Origin: Nitrosococcus oceani ATCC 19707
GTDB lineage: Bacteria > Pseudomonadota > Gammaproteobacteria > Nitrosococcales > Nitrosococcaceae
Direction of reading: 5' to 3'
DNA length: 32,000 bases
Assembly (NCBI RefSeq): GCF_000012805.1
Contig: NC_007484.1
Location: 3,449,692 to 3,481,691 of the forward strand
Part shown: positions 7,567-19,458 of the stretch, one piece after another
Layout of the letters: every line of letters begins with the position of its first letter
How positions within the stretch are numbered: the stretch's first letter is position 1
Notes under the pieces: model-generated
What the model was told of the DNA's origin: nothing
Seen by the model: only the letters and a program-made list of their open reading frames with translations
The model's database searches: none
Made by a program: the position numbers and the translations under genes

Positions 7567-7716
7567 AAATATTTATTCCTCCTTTCCGCCCCCGCTTCCT
7601 GCTCAGTAGCCCCATGGGAAAATAAATTCCTATCTTTCATAGTTGCAGGAGTGCTGCTAACCACCAGCTTTATTATTCTAAGCTATTCATGGGGAAGGAA
7701 GAACAACTTTTTTAAG

Positions 7717-10104
7717 CTAATGCTCTATCTGCTGAGCGAGGGGGCGAAATTGCAGATTATAAAACATCTCCAGGTAACGTCGGCGCTCCGCCCGCTCCAG
7801 ATTAGTCACGTATTTCCAAAAACCATAGATGCGGGACAATGTCATCATCCGCTCGGCGTAGAGTTCCCAAGTATAATGGTTTTTAATCCGGCGCAAAGCA
7901 CCTTGGGAGAATTTGTCCCAATATCCCGCTTCAGTCTGACAATGTTCAAAAAAATCAGCGATACGGTCAGCGGCTTTTTCGCCATGGTTAGGATCAATAT
8001 GAAAACCTGACACTCCCTCTTGGATAATCTCTAAAGGCCCACCATAACAAGTAGCAAAGGTGGGCAACCCGCTACTCATAGCCTCTATCACAGTCAAACC
8101 AAAGGCTTCAAAAAGAGCTGGCTGAACAAAGGCGCCACGGGAGTCCGCAATGAAGCGATAAAGCTCTCCTGCCAAGTTTTTTTGCAGCATAACTCCCAAC
8201 CAGCGGACTTGGCTATCCAATTTATATTCTTCTATCAGCTGATGCATCCGGGCAATTTGTACCTGTTCTTCGCTATCCGCTGACTGACTCTTATCTATAT
8301 ACCCGCCCACGACCACTAAATTGGCTAATTTTCGCAGCCGCTCACAGCGCCCGTACCACTCTACTAAACCCGTGATATTTTTAATTCGGTCTAGGCGCGC
8401 TATAGTAAACAATAAAGGTTTGGTGTGATCCTGAAGTTTGCCACGGGCGTCGGGGCGTTCATCACCCCATATCAACGCTTCGATTTCCTGGCGCAATCCG
8501 CTTAAACGCCGTTTTGTATCCGTATAGGGAAAGTAAACTTCCCCATCCGCACCAGGCGAGACAATATTGAATTTAGGATCGAAAACGTCAATGCCATGAA
8601 TCACCTGATACAACCCCGGCAAAGTATAGGCGCTATAACTCTCATACTGGCCCACGCTGTTTTTATTCCCGGCAATTTCCTGATAAGTGCTGGTGACAAT
8701 AAAATCGGCGCTATTCATAGCGATGAGATCGCCAGTGAATTGGCAGGCAAAATGATATTGGGCATCATTCTCCCGCCAGTATAAATCGGAATAAAGATAT
8801 TTAGCCTTTTCCAAGGCATGGGCAATATTGCATTGAGTCACCCGTAAACGCTGAGAGAGAAGGGTCGCCACTAAGCTTCCGTCCGAGTAGTTACCGATGA
8901 TGAGATCTGGACTCCCTTCAAGTTCGGCAAGCATTTCCCTTTCCGCATCCATGGCATAGCGCTCAAGGTAAGGCCAAACTTCAAAGCGGGAGAGCCAATA
9001 GGGCAGTACTTCGCCCCCAGCATTGCGAAAAGGGACTCTTAAGATAGCGGCATTTTCTGTCCCTACGATGGATTCTAAGCGCTGATCGCATCGAGTGCCC
9101 TGAGCCTCTGGAATCAAGCGAGTAACGACCAAAATCTGAGGTGCAACATCAAGTCCCTGCTCTTTTAACTGTCGGTGCATTTCCTTCTCTAGCGCCCGAA
9201 CCTGATCCAGGATATACACTACTTGGCCCCCAGTATCCGGCAATCCGAGAATATTACCTTGGCCAAAATACCCATGGGGACTAAGAATCACGATATTAAA
9301 GATCATGGGAATGCGCGCCAAGAAATGCTCCAAGTTACCAGGCTCAGGCGCTTCAAGAATATCCATTAAAAGACTAAAGGAATCCTGTATTCGGGCCGCA
9401 GTTCTACCCCAGCCCCGCTCAAATCCAAATTCCTGTAACTTATGCCCCACGGCATCCCATTCAGCAGCTTCCTGAAAACCACCAAGAAAATCCATTGCCA
9501 GACGCAAAGCACAGCGCAACCCCTGTACATCCTGGATACGATCATTCAGCATTAAAGGTTGTCCCCGACAGTGGTGGACACTTAAGAAACTGAGCAGATA
9601 TTGTCCTCCGGTCTCTAACTCATTAAAGAGCTGGTTAGAAAGATGCCGATTGAGAAAATCCATTCCGCGCCCAATGGAGCGGGTTTCTCTAAGCCGGGGA
9701 AACTCCCGGTTGAAGGGTCCCATATCAATTTTCAGCGGCCACGATTGAGGCTGGGTGGGACCAAGCACAAGACGTTCCTTGAATTCTAGGAATTGGGAGA
9801 CAGGCACCGTTTCAATCTGCATTACCTCGGTATGAATCCGATAATATTCCCAGTTTGCAATTCGGGGACGCACTGATAAATAAATCCACTCCGGATCAAC
9901 CGCCGCCTCCTGGGCGGCTTGAATTATTGTTGCTAAGGGAGAATCTTGGAGCAATGCCCCCTCATCATTCTCTTTACAGAAAAGATCAAATTCATCGACG
10001 AGATCAGATCTAAGCAAAAAAGGTCTTTGAAGCGCCAAATAGCGGCGCAGCAATAGATAAACGATCTCTTTGTGCTGGCCTACAAAATTGGCTAATTCCT
10101 TCAT
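7717..10104 (-). CDS. sucrose synthase (GT4, UDP/ADP-glucose:fructose glucosyltransferase)
   Basis: 795-aa ORF with the SuSy-specific N-terminal regulatory domains and a GT-B catalytic core ([25 protein letters not shown]..., ...[30 protein letters not shown]). Its ATG overlaps the sps stop (ATGA at 10101-10104). Confidence 0.92.
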   Translation of the reverse strand: MKELANFVGQHKEIVYLLLRRYLALQRPFLLRSDLVDEFDLFCKENDEGALLQDSPLATIIQAAQEAAVDPEWIYLSVRPRIANWEYYRIHTEVMQIETVPVSQFLEFKERLVLGPTQPQSWPLKIDMGPFNREFPRLRETRSIGRGMDFLNRHLSNQLFNELETGGQYLLSFLSVHHCRGQPLMLNDRIQDVQGLRCALRLAMDFLGGFQEAAEWDAVGHKLQEFGFERGWGRTAARIQDSFSLLMDILEAPEPGNLEHFLARIPMIFNIVILSPHGYFGQGNILGLPDTGGQVVYILDQVRALEKEMHRQLKEQGLDVAPQILVVTRLIPEAQGTRCDQRLESIVGTENAAILRVPFRNAGGEVLPYWLSRFEVWPYLERYAMDAEREMLAELEGSPDLIIGNYSDGSLVATLLSQRLRVTQCNIAHALEKAKYLYSDLYWRENDAQYHFACQFTGDLIAMNSADFIVTSTYQEIAGNKNSVGQYESYSAYTLPGLYQVIHGIDVFDPKFNIVSPGADGEVYFPYTDTKRRLSGLRQEIEALIWGDERPDARGKLQDHTKPLLFTIARLDRIKNITGLVEWYGRCERLRKLANLVVVGGYIDKSQSADSEEQVQIARMHQLIEEYKLDSQVRWLGVMLQKNLAGELYRFIADSRGAFVQPALFEAFGLTVIEAMSSGLPTFATCYGGPLEIIQEGVSGFHIDPNHGEKAADRIADFFEHCQTEAGYWDKFSQGALRRIKNHYTWELYAERMMTLSRIYGFWKYVTNLERAERRRYLEMFYNLQFRPLAQQIEH

Positions 10105-12263
10105 AGTGCCTCTTCCTTGGCCACTACCGCTTTCTCCTGCTCAAGAAAGCCATAATGTGCTAATGCCTCTAAAATCCCCCAGGCATGATGGCCTTGAGCA
10201 AAATAAATACTGGAATCTTCACGCAGATACTCAAGTTCAGGGCTATAGTTACCCACAACCGCCCCTAAAGTATTCCCAGATAGCATTTCTTTATCACTGC
10301 CGGAGTCGCCCACCACAAGGAGGTGCTCTAGGGGAATACCCCATTTGTCGCAGAAAAAACGAACCGCGCTTCCCTTAGAAGCCCGCACCGGCAATAAATC
10401 CAGATAAGCCTGATAGGAATAGATAATATTGGCGCTCAAGTCCAACTGCCGCAGGTGGCGGGCAATGGCTGGGATATCAAGCCCTTTTTTAACATCTACA
10501 TCATAGCTGATCTTACAAGGTAACTGTTCACTGGAAGGCTGAAGACGCAAATTAGGAATATCAGCCATCGCCTTGAGGATAGATTCCCGCTTCCAACGGT
10601 AACGGATATGTTGCTGCCAGCTTTGATCTTCCACCAAATTTGGCCCGTAGAAAATTTGAGACCCTACCCCCGTAATCAGAAGATCAGGCAGAGGAATATC
10701 CCATTTCTTAAGCACTTTGAGAGTACTAGCAAAATTCCGCCCGGTAGCAATACCAAAACCAATTTTAGCGCCTGCCTCCTTGAGGCTTTCAAACAAGCTG
10801 CGAAGGCCCTCTCCATCTCCGGTTAAGGTATTGTCAATATCACAGACCAAAACCTTTTCGGAAATGGGTAAGCGGCTCTTTTTTTTCGCTTGGAGCCTGG
10901 GTTTTTTCGCCTTCCGGATGACTTTACTCACCTCGCGCAAATATTGAGTGACATGTCCTGGCCAGGAGTAATACTGCTGGGCACCCTTAAGGCCGTTTTT
11001 AGCCCATCGGTGCCAGCGGTTGCGATCAGAAAGAGACTCAAGCAGTACCTTGCCCATCCGATCCGCATCCAGGGGATCAATGAGGCATCCGTTCTTGCAG
11101 TGCTCTAATATTTCCCGGGGGCCCCCATCGTGGGTAGCAATAACAGGTAAACCACTTGCTGCCGCCTCAATTAATGTGAGGCCAAAGGGTTCAGTAAGTG
11201 CGGGATTAATAAAAACGCCTTTCGACCGCGCCGCTAAACGGTATAAATCTGGCACATCATCAACTTCATGATGCTTGGGATAGGCAATACTGCCATAAAG
11301 ATCATAGCGGTCAATTAATAATAATATCTCTTTTAGTACCGTCCTTGGTCCTTTCTCCATGGTACCGATATCATCCCGGTTACCCACTATTAATACTAAA
11401 TTAACCTTTTGGCGTAGCGCCGGGTTTTCTCCATAGGCACGGATCAAAGTAGAAATATTTTTCCGCGCATCTGGCCGGGATAAAGCCAGGATAAGAGGTT
11501 TACGGGGGTAGGATAGAAAACGATTTATTTCCTGCTCAATCGGTGCATTACGCCAAAAACGGGAGGGCGGGTGAAAACGCTCCAGATCGGTGCCGGGAGG
11601 AATCACTACCATCCGTTTTGGGTGATAGTTATCATAGAGGGCATACTGTTCATCCACTTCCTGCTGGGTACTTGCAACCACCAGAGCTGCTGTGCTAAGG
11701 ACTTGTTCTTCAGCCTCAATCCGTTGCCGCATATTGTACCGAGTTTCAATACTCTCCTCTTTGGTTCCCCCTTCAAGGAGCCGGTGCCGTTTTACCCGGC
11801 CTAAGGAATGGCCCGTATGCACTAGCGGTACGCCTAGTAAACCTGCCAGCCTTACCCCTACATAAGCAGCATCCGCATAATGGGAGTGAATGATATCGGG
11901 GAGGCGACCGATGCGGCGAATATGCTGTAGCGCATAATCGGCGAAACTACCTAGATAAGGCCATAATACTTCTTTACGCAGGTAGCGGCGCGGACCACAA
12001 GATAAGCGTACAATCTGAGCTCGAGGGGCAAGATATTCTAGCGGTTCGCTATAGTCTTGCCCTACTTTAGGATCGATAACCTTTCGCGTTAATAAATCAA
12101 CCCGGCCAACTTGAGGATTTTCTGCAAGGGCTCGGGCCAGCTCAATGGCGTATTTTGTCTGGCCACCAGTATCAGCATCTCGGCCTAATTCCAGCTCATG
12201 GCCACGAATAAGACCATGGAGGCTGATAAGCACAATATATAGGCCATCATCGGGCTGATTCAT
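10101..12263 (-). CDS. sucrose-phosphate synthase with C-terminal sucrose-phosphate-phosphatase-like HAD domain
   Basis: 720-aa ORF. N-terminal GT4 glucosyltransferase ([10 protein letters not shown]...[12 protein letters not shown]..., ...[32 protein letters not shown]), then a K-rich linker, then a HAD domain with DIDNT, GIATGR, ASKG and GDSGSD motifs. Confidence 0.9.
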   Translation of the reverse strand: MNQPDDGLYIVLISLHGLIRGHELELGRDADTGGQTKYAIELARALAENPQVGRVDLLTRKVIDPKVGQDYSEPLEYLAPRAQIVRLSCGPRRYLRKEVLWPYLGSFADYALQHIRRIGRLPDIIHSHYADAAYVGVRLAGLLGVPLVHTGHSLGRVKRHRLLEGGTKEESIETRYNMRQRIEAEEQVLSTAALVVASTQQEVDEQYALYDNYHPKRMVVIPPGTDLERFHPPSRFWRNAPIEQEINRFLSYPRKPLILALSRPDARKNISTLIRAYGENPALRQKVNLVLIVGNRDDIGTMEKGPRTVLKEILLLIDRYDLYGSIAYPKHHEVDDVPDLYRLAARSKGVFINPALTEPFGLTLIEAAASGLPVIATHDGGPREILEHCKNGCLIDPLDADRMGKVLLESLSDRNRWHRWAKNGLKGAQQYYSWPGHVTQYLREVSKVIRKAKKPRLQAKKKSRLPISEKVLVCDIDNTLTGDGEGLRSLFESLKEAGAKIGFGIATGRNFASTLKVLKKWDIPLPDLLITGVGSQIFYGPNLVEDQSWQQHIRYRWKRESILKAMADIPNLRLQPSSEQLPCKISYDVDVKKGLDIPAIARHLRQLDLSANIIYSYQAYLDLLPVRASKGSAVRFFCDKWGIPLEHLLVVGDSGSDKEMLSGNTLGAVVGNYSPELEYLREDSSIYFAQGHHAWGILEALAHYGFLEQEKAVVAKEEAL

Positions 12264-13181
12264 TTAGGTCTCCCGCCAATCCGCTATAAATTTAGTATAG
12301 AATTTGGGATCCTGGGTTACGGCGCCCCGCATCGCACAGATAGCAGCGGCAAAAGCAGCTCCCCGCTCTATTGCCTGTTTAAGTGGCCAGTCCTGCAGGA
12401 GTCCTTGTATCATCACGGCACTAAAAGCATCGCCTGCGCCCACCGTATCTATCACCTTAACGGGTTGTGGCTCAACCCAATGGGACTTATTGTCTGCTGT
12501 TACCAAAAAAGCCCCCTTGGCGCCCAAAGTGACTAATACCCAGGCCAACTGAAAGCGCTGGCAAACAAACTGAGCTCCCTGCACCAGTTCTTCCTGAGTT
12601 TCAGCCTTATGCTCAAGGAGTGTAAGCAACTCTGCATCGTTCAATTTAACCCAACGGGCGGCACGCAAGGCTTGTTCCACTGAAGCGTGCTGCCACCAAG
12701 GAGAGCGAAGATTGAGATCAAGAAAAATAAGTGGTTCGTAAGCATTGGACAAGACCTCCAGTGCTCTTTTAGAAACGGCGGAACGAATAGCCAATGTGCC
12801 TCGATAAAGCAAAGGAGAAGACTGATTGGATAATTGCTTCAAGAAGAGATCAGGATCAATAAAATCATAGGCCTGCTCCGGTAGGATATTAAAGCTAGGC
12901 TGACCGTCCTGAAGGGTGATTTCTACTCTACCTGTGGGATGGAGCGGATCTTGCTGAATTCCACGGCAATCCATGCCCCATTTTTTCATGGCTGCTAGAA
13001 CCTTCTGGCCTTGTTCCTCAACGCCTACCCGGCTAATAAACAATGGCGCTAAACCAAAACCTTGCAGGTGCCAAGCCACATTAAAGGGCGCCCCCCCCAA
13101 AACCTGGGTTCCATCAGGAAAACAATCAAAAAGAACTTCTCCAAAAACAACGGGGCGCGGAAATGCTTGCTGCTGCATCAT
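12264..13181 (-). CDS. PfkB-family carbohydrate kinase, probable fructokinase
   Basis: 305-aa ORF. N-terminal GE.L.D......GGAP.NVA and C-terminal DT.GAGDAF...I motifs match ribokinase/PfkB kinases. Its stop abuts the sps start (TAA-ATG, 12261-12266). Confidence 0.85.
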   Translation of the reverse strand: MMQQQAFPRPVVFGEVLFDCFPDGTQVLGGAPFNVAWHLQGFGLAPLFISRVGVEEQGQKVLAAMKKWGMDCRGIQQDPLHPTGRVEITLQDGQPSFNILPEQAYDFIDPDLFLKQLSNQSSPLLYRGTLAIRSAVSKRALEVLSNAYEPLIFLDLNLRSPWWQHASVEQALRAARWVKLNDAELLTLLEHKAETQEELVQGAQFVCQRFQLAWVLVTLGAKGAFLVTADNKSHWVEPQPVKVIDTVGAGDAFSAVMIQGLLQDWPLKQAIERGAAFAAAICAMRGAVTQDPKFYTKFIADWRET

Positions 13182-13237
13182 CTGTTATCTTATTTGAATT
13201 GTTTACTACTCCAGGCTCCAGACAAAAAACTTTTAGC

Positions 13238-15073
13238 CTACTCGACAGTAACCGATTTAGCCAGGTTGCGAGGCTGATCCACATCGGTCCCCTTAATAAC
13301 GGCTGCATGATAAGCTAGCAATTGCAAGGGGATAGTATAAATGATGGGGGCGGTTTCATCCTCTACTGACGGTATTTCTATAACCGTTATCCCAGGACCG
13401 GATTTAACCTCTGCCGCATGATCGGCAAACACATAAAGCCGTCCGCCCCGGGCCCGAACTTCTTGCAGATTAGACTTCAGTTTCTCTAATATCTGATCAT
13501 TAGGCGCCACCGCGATCACAGGCATGTCGGCATCGACCAGGGCCAAAGGGCCATGCTTTAACTCCCCAGCAGGATAGGCTTCAGCATGAATATAAGAGAT
13601 CTCTTTGAGCTTTAGCGCCCCCTCCATGGCAATGGGGTAATGAGCTCCACGTCCCAAGAATAAGGCATTTCGAATCTCGGCAAATTGCTCGGAGAGTTCC
13701 TCGATAGCTGGACTTAGCTGTAACGCCTGCTCCACCCGGCTTGGAAGAAGCAGCAACTGCGAGACGAGGCGAGCTTCCTCCCCCGCTGTCAGTTTGTGAC
13801 GCCGTCCCAACACGATAACAAGAAGTAACAAGGCTGTTAACTGGGTAGTAAATGCCTTGGTAGAAGCTACGCCAATTTCAGGACCAGCTCGGGTCATCAA
13901 AACTAAGTCTGCTTCTCGTACCAGAGAACTTTCTGGAACGTTGCAGATACTCAAGCTAGGACCAAAACCTGCCCGTTTAGCCTCCTTAAGGGCAGCAATT
14001 GTATCAGCGGTTTCACCTGATTGAGATAAAGTCACAACCAAGGTATGGGGGGTAACCACCGGGCAACGATAACGAAACTCACTGGCAATCTCTACCCGGC
14101 AAGACACATTAGCAATAGATTCCAGCCAGTAATGGCCCACCATCCCCGCATGGTAGCTAGTCCCGCAGGCCAGTATCAGCACTGACTGAATTTCATCCAG
14201 AACTTCTCCCGCCTTAGGCCCAAAAACTTCATCCAAAACTCGGTGACCACTAATTCTGCCTTCTAGGGTTTCCGTGATCGCCCTAGACTGCTCAAAAATT
14301 TCTTTGAGCATATAATGGCGGAAATCTCCACGTTCCACAGCATCTGCATGAAGTTCACTTTCCCGGATAGGACGTTCTACCTGTTCGCCCTCAACATTAT
14401 AAATGGTAACCCGCTCCCGAGTCAGTTCAGCAATATCTCCTTCCTCCAGAAAGATAAAACGCTGAGTAACCGGCAGCAAAGCCGCCACATCGGAAGCAAT
14501 AAAATGCTCCCCAATACCTATTCCAATGACGAGCGGGCTGCCCCGGCGAGCAGCCACTAGATAACTAGGATCCTTAGTTGAGATCACCCCTAAAGCATAA
14601 GCCCCTTTAAGATCTTTAAGCGCATTCTGAACTGCCACCAAGAGATCATCATACCGCTCAAAGTAGCGATAAATTTGATGCACAATGACCTCAGTATCCG
14701 TATCCGAGGTAAACTCGAAACCATTGGCCCGCTGCTGAGTGCGCAGTTTCTCATGGTTCTCAATAATACCATTATGGACCAGCGCAATGGCCTGCCGACA
14801 AATGTGAGGATGCGCATTGGTTTCGCTGGGTTCGCCATGAGTGGCCCAGCGAGTATGGGCAATACCTGTACGGCCCCTCAAAACGGTACCAGAAAGACCC
14901 CGCTCAAGTTCTGTAATTTTGCCACGCCGCCGCACTCGTTGCAGGGATTTTCCTTCTCCATCGATCACCACTATTCCAGCTGAATCGTAGCCGCGGTATT
15001 CCAAGCGGCGTAAACCTTCCAATAAGATGGGAACTACATCCCGTTGCGCAACTGCCCCGACGATACCACACAT
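13238..15073 (-). CDS. glmS: glutamine--fructose-6-phosphate aminotransferase (isomerizing)
   Basis: 611-aa ORF with the N-terminal MCGIVGA Ntn-amidotransferase signature, two SIS domains and the C-terminal ...[13 protein letters not shown] end typical of GlmS. Confidence 0.97.
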   Translation of the reverse strand: MCGIVGAVAQRDVVPILLEGLRRLEYRGYDSAGIVVIDGEGKSLQRVRRRGKITELERGLSGTVLRGRTGIAHTRWATHGEPSETNAHPHICRQAIALVHNGIIENHEKLRTQQRANGFEFTSDTDTEVIVHQIYRYFERYDDLLVAVQNALKDLKGAYALGVISTKDPSYLVAARRGSPLVIGIGIGEHFIASDVAALLPVTQRFIFLEEGDIAELTRERVTIYNVEGEQVERPIRESELHADAVERGDFRHYMLKEIFEQSRAITETLEGRISGHRVLDEVFGPKAGEVLDEIQSVLILACGTSYHAGMVGHYWLESIANVSCRVEIASEFRYRCPVVTPHTLVVTLSQSGETADTIAALKEAKRAGFGPSLSICNVPESSLVREADLVLMTRAGPEIGVASTKAFTTQLTALLLLVIVLGRRHKLTAGEEARLVSQLLLLPSRVEQALQLSPAIEELSEQFAEIRNALFLGRGAHYPIAMEGALKLKEISYIHAEAYPAGELKHGPLALVDADMPVIAVAPNDQILEKLKSNLQEVRARGGRLYVFADHAAEVKSGPGITVIEIPSVEDETAPIIYTIPLQLLAYHAAVIKGTDVDQPRNLAKSVTVE

Positions 15074-15150
15074 GCTCTATTTTTCCTCTTGCTTTTAAGC
15101 CGGCTTATTTTCCGCACTGATAGTAAAACCCAGGGGTAATCTAGTAATCT

Positions 15151-16512
15151 TCACTTTTTACTAGGCCGCTTCCATCCAGGCCATGATTTTTGTGGCGTCC
15201 TGCTTAGGGTCAATTCTCCCGGCGGCACATCGTGGGTAATGGTAGCCCCCGCGCCAATAGTTGCGCCCGCACCAATTTTCACGGGGGCTATCAATTGAGT
15301 ATCTGAGCCAATAAAAACATTATCTTCAATGAGCGTATGATGTTTATTTGCCCCATCATAATTACAGGTAATCGTACCAGCTCCAATGTTAACTTTCTTG
15401 CCGATAGTGGCATCACCAATATAGCTCAAATGGTTAACTTTGGAATTTTTATTGATAGTCGATTTTTTGATTTCCACAAAATTACCAATATGTACTCCTT
15501 CACCTAACCTCGTTTCAGGACGGATGCGAGTAAAGGGGCCAACTCGGGCACAAGCATCAATCGCGGCTTCTTCAATAACGCAATTAGCCAATACCTCAAC
15601 GCCTTCCCCAAGCACCGCGTTGCGAAGATAGCAGTGAGGGCCTATTTTTACTCCATCACCTAGAATCACCCTCCCTTCAAGAATCACATTAATATCAATA
15701 TAAACATCCTTCCCCACCAGCAATTCACCCCGCAAGTCAAAGCGATCGGGATCGCTGAGGCTAACTCCTTCCCCCATTAAACGCGCGGCCTCCCGTTTCT
15801 GATAAAAACGCTCTAAATAGGCAAGCTGCTGGCGATCATTGACACCCATCACCTCTATAGAATCTGCCGCTGAAACTGCTACTACTTTCTCTCCGCTGGC
15901 GACAGCGTGCTCAATAATATCGGTAAGATAATACTCCCCCTGGGCATTATTATTGCTAAGCTTAGGGGCAATCTGCTTCAAGTAACGAGCCTCAATAGCC
16001 GTAATGCCTGTATTAACTTCTCTGATCCGGCGTTGCTCTGGGCTAGCATCAGCTTCTTCAATAATTTTAGATACCCCGCCAACCCTATCTCGAATAATCC
16101 GGCCATAACCATTAGGATTAGCCAGCTCAACAGTAAGCAGACCTACCCCTCCCTGATCTACCATAGCTAGCAGCCTTTTTAGAGTCTCAATTTTAACCAG
16201 AGGGACATCGCCAGAAAGAATCAAGAGCATTGTGTCCGGCTTTATATAAGGCAAAGTCTGGAGCGCCGCATGACCCGTGCCTAACTGTAGTTCTTGCCGC
16301 ACCCAAGTAATATCAGCCGCTCTAAAAGCCTCAGGCACCGTTTCCCCACCATGGCCATAAACCACAATTATTTGCGCTGGATTTAGCTGGCGCGCTGTTG
16401 CGATCACATGGCTCAGCAGCGGCCGGCCTGCAAGTTGGTGAAGCACCTTGGGTAAAGTTGAATGCATGCGGGTTCCTTGCCCCGCAGCTAGGATAATGAC
16501 GCTAACAGCCAC
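15151..16512 (-). CDS. glmU: bifunctional UDP-N-acetylglucosamine pyrophosphorylase / GlcN-1-P acetyltransferase
   Basis: 453-aa ORF. N-terminal LAAGQGTRM.S.LPKVLH motif and C-terminal left-handed beta-helix hexapeptide repeats. GTG start at 16512. Synteny is atpC-glmU-glmS, as in E. coli. Confidence 0.95.
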   Translation of the reverse strand: MAVSVIILAAGQGTRMHSTLPKVLHQLAGRPLLSHVIATARQLNPAQIIVVYGHGGETVPEAFRAADITWVRQELQLGTGHAALQTLPYIKPDTMLLILSGDVPLVKIETLKRLLAMVDQGGVGLLTVELANPNGYGRIIRDRVGGVSKIIEEADASPEQRRIREVNTGITAIEARYLKQIAPKLSNNNAQGEYYLTDIIEHAVASGEKVVAVSAADSIEVMGVNDRQQLAYLERFYQKREAARLMGEGVSLSDPDRFDLRGELLVGKDVYIDINVILEGRVILGDGVKIGPHCYLRNAVLGEGVEVLANCVIEEAAIDACARVGPFTRIRPETRLGEGVHIGNFVEIKKSTINKNSKVNHLSYIGDATIGKKVNIGAGTITCNYDGANKHHTLIEDNVFIGSDTQLIAPVKIGAGATIGAGATITHDVPPGELTLSRTPQKSWPGWKRPSKK

Positions 16513-16609
16513 TATACCCCCTCTATATAAATTTGTGGGAAATAGAAAATTAATAACTTAAGGTTTTCACACTTTATTTATCGGCTATATTAGGATGTCC
16601 TCTAGAAAT

Positions 16610-16639
16610 AAAAAAGGCCGTCCATGGACGGCCTTTTTT
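16610..16639 (-). terminator. strong bidirectional intrinsic terminator between atpC and glmU
   Basis: Perfect 18-nt palindrome GGCCGTCCATGGACGGCC (16616-16633), flanked by A6 (16610-16615) and T6 (16634-16639). It lies 32 nt downstream of the atpC stop. Confidence 0.85.
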
Positions 16640-16670
16640 ATTTCTCTTAGCAAAATACCAACTATTTTCT

Positions 16671-17093
16671 TTAACCTAGCTTTTTACGTATCCTCTGAAT
16701 AGCCTTAAGTTGAGCAATTGCCTCGGCAAGCTCAGCTTGAGCCCGGGCATAGTCCAGCTTACCCTCTCGATCTTGAAGCGCCTCCTCCGCCCGTTGTTTA
16801 GCTGCCAGGGCAGCGGCTTCATCAATATCCGCAGCCCGCTGAGCAGTATCAGCCAGCACTGTAACAACATGGGGTTGAACCTCAAGCAAACCACCAGAGA
16901 CATAAAAAAAGTCCTCCTGGCCCTCCGGGCGCTGAAGTCGAACTTCTCCTGGCTTAAGACGGGTAATCAAAGGCGTATGGCGAGGCATAATGCCTACTTC
17001 CCCCATCTCTGCCGGCGCAAATAGCATATTAACCGTTCCAGAGAAGATCTCCCGCTCAGCGCTTACGATGTCCACATGCATGGTCATGGCCAT
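16671..17093 (-). CDS. atpC: F1 ATP synthase epsilon subunit
   Basis: 140-aa [22 protein letters not shown]... is closely parallel to E. coli AtpC. Operon position is last. Confidence 0.95.
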   Translation of the reverse strand: MAMTMHVDIVSAEREIFSGTVNMLFAPAEMGEVGIMPRHTPLITRLKPGEVRLQRPEGQEDFFYVSGGLLEVQPHVVTVLADTAQRAADIDEAAALAAKQRAEEALQDREGKLDYARAQAELAEAIAQLKAIQRIRKKLG

Positions 17094-17117
17094 TCCCTTC
17101 TCCTCGTAATCCTAGAT

Positions 17118-18497
<1,380 letters not shown>

Positions 18498-18573
18498 CTA
18501 TTCCCCTTAGCGATATATTGTGTGTCTCTGTTACCTGCCCTTGCCTTCAGGTTTAGAATAATTGGTAACAAAA

Positions 18574-19443
18574 TTAGAGAGCAGCGGCGCCGCCCACGAT
18601 CTCTGAAAGTTCCTGAGTAATCGCCGCTTGCCGAGCCTTGTTATAGGCCAGTTGGAGATCATCAATAAAACCCCCTGCATTATCTGAAGCAGCTTTCATA
18701 GCAACCATTCGGGCAGCCTGTTCGCAAGCAATATTCTCTACCACACCTTGATAGACCAGGGACTCGATATAGCGAATCAGCACTTGGTCTAGGACTTCTT
18801 TCGCTTCTGGCTCATAAAGATAGTCCCACCGATGCTCCAATTTTTCATCCGTTTTTCCCACATTCGCATCAATAGGTAATAACTGCTCGATTTCTGGACG
18901 CTGAGTCATAGTATTAACGAACTCATTGAATGCCAAATAGAGGCGATCAACATTTCCTTCTTGATAATTATCGAGCATTACCTTAACTGTCCCAATCAGA
19001 TCCTCTACGTGAGGACTATCGCCCAGATGGGTCGCTTGGGCCGCGATGCTACCGCCAAACCGGCGAAAAAAAGCATTAGCCTTTTGGCCAATAATGCAAA
19101 GCTCAACAGGCACACCTTTTTCATCCCATTCCCGCATGGTCCGTAAAAGGGTTCTAAATAAATTGGTATTGAGACCGCCGCACAACCCCCTATCACTAGA
19201 GACAATAATGAAACCCACCTTCTTGGCCTCACGACTGGTCAAATAGGGATGCTGATACTCCTGATGGGCTTGGGCCAAATGGCGGATTACGTTACGGATT
19301 TTATCCGCATAGGGGCGGGAAGCCCGCATCCGATCCTGGGCCTTGCGCATCTTACTGGCCGCCACCATTTCCATGGCGCGGGTAATTTTTTGCGTATTTT
19401 TAACACTGGCGATCTTACTACGTATCTCTTTGCCACTCGCCAT
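18574..19443 (-). CDS. atpG: F1 ATP synthase gamma subunit
   Basis: 289-aa ORF. N-terminal [27 protein letters not shown] and C-terminal ITQEL.EIV.GAAA motifs. Confidence 0.96.
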   Translation of the reverse strand: MASGKEIRSKIASVKNTQKITRAMEMVAASKMRKAQDRMRASRPYADKIRNVIRHLAQAHQEYQHPYLTSREAKKVGFIIVSSDRGLCGGLNTNLFRTLLRTMREWDEKGVPVELCIIGQKANAFFRRFGGSIAAQATHLGDSPHVEDLIGTVKVMLDNYQEGNVDRLYLAFNEFVNTMTQRPEIEQLLPIDANVGKTDEKLEHRWDYLYEPEAKEVLDQVLIRYIESLVYQGVVENIACEQAARMVAMKAASDNAGGFIDDLQLAYNKARQAAITQELSEIVGGAAAL

Positions 19444-19458
19444 GAAGGATGCTCCTAC

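Larger units (their letters stand above)
5787..7716. mobile_element. accessory scar: relic of an IncP-like conjugative plasmid/ICE (traK-traL only) plus a truncated transporter gene
   Basis: This is the only segment of the window with plasmid-family genes. It is flanked by the 3' ends of two convergent core genes and looks AT-richer by eye. No integrase, relaxase or terminal repeats are detectable. Confidence 0.5.

Noticed and set aside
7595-7701. Long-range complementarity (CTTCC...CCCCATG with CATGGGG..GGAAG) in the convergent traL/sus intergenic region, considered as a shared terminator or sRNA.
   Set aside because: The stems are short (7 + 5 bp) and separated by a loop of about 70 nt with an asymmetric bulge. 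There is no adjacent U-run on either strand, so it is not convincing.
7651-8010. 119-aa + strand ORF starting at a GTG next to an AGGAG, in the traL-sus intergenic region.
   Set aside because: The AGGAG directly abuts the GTG with no spacing. Most of the ORF is antisense to the conserved 3' end of sucrose synthase, and the protein has no recognisable features.
13182-13237. Searched the glmS-downstream spacer for Tn7-type ends (terminal TGT..., repeated TnsB-site-like about 20-mers) or a target-site duplication.
   Set aside because: Nothing resembling Tn7-family end architecture is present, and there are no tns genes in the window. The island idea therefore rests on position and flanking relics only.
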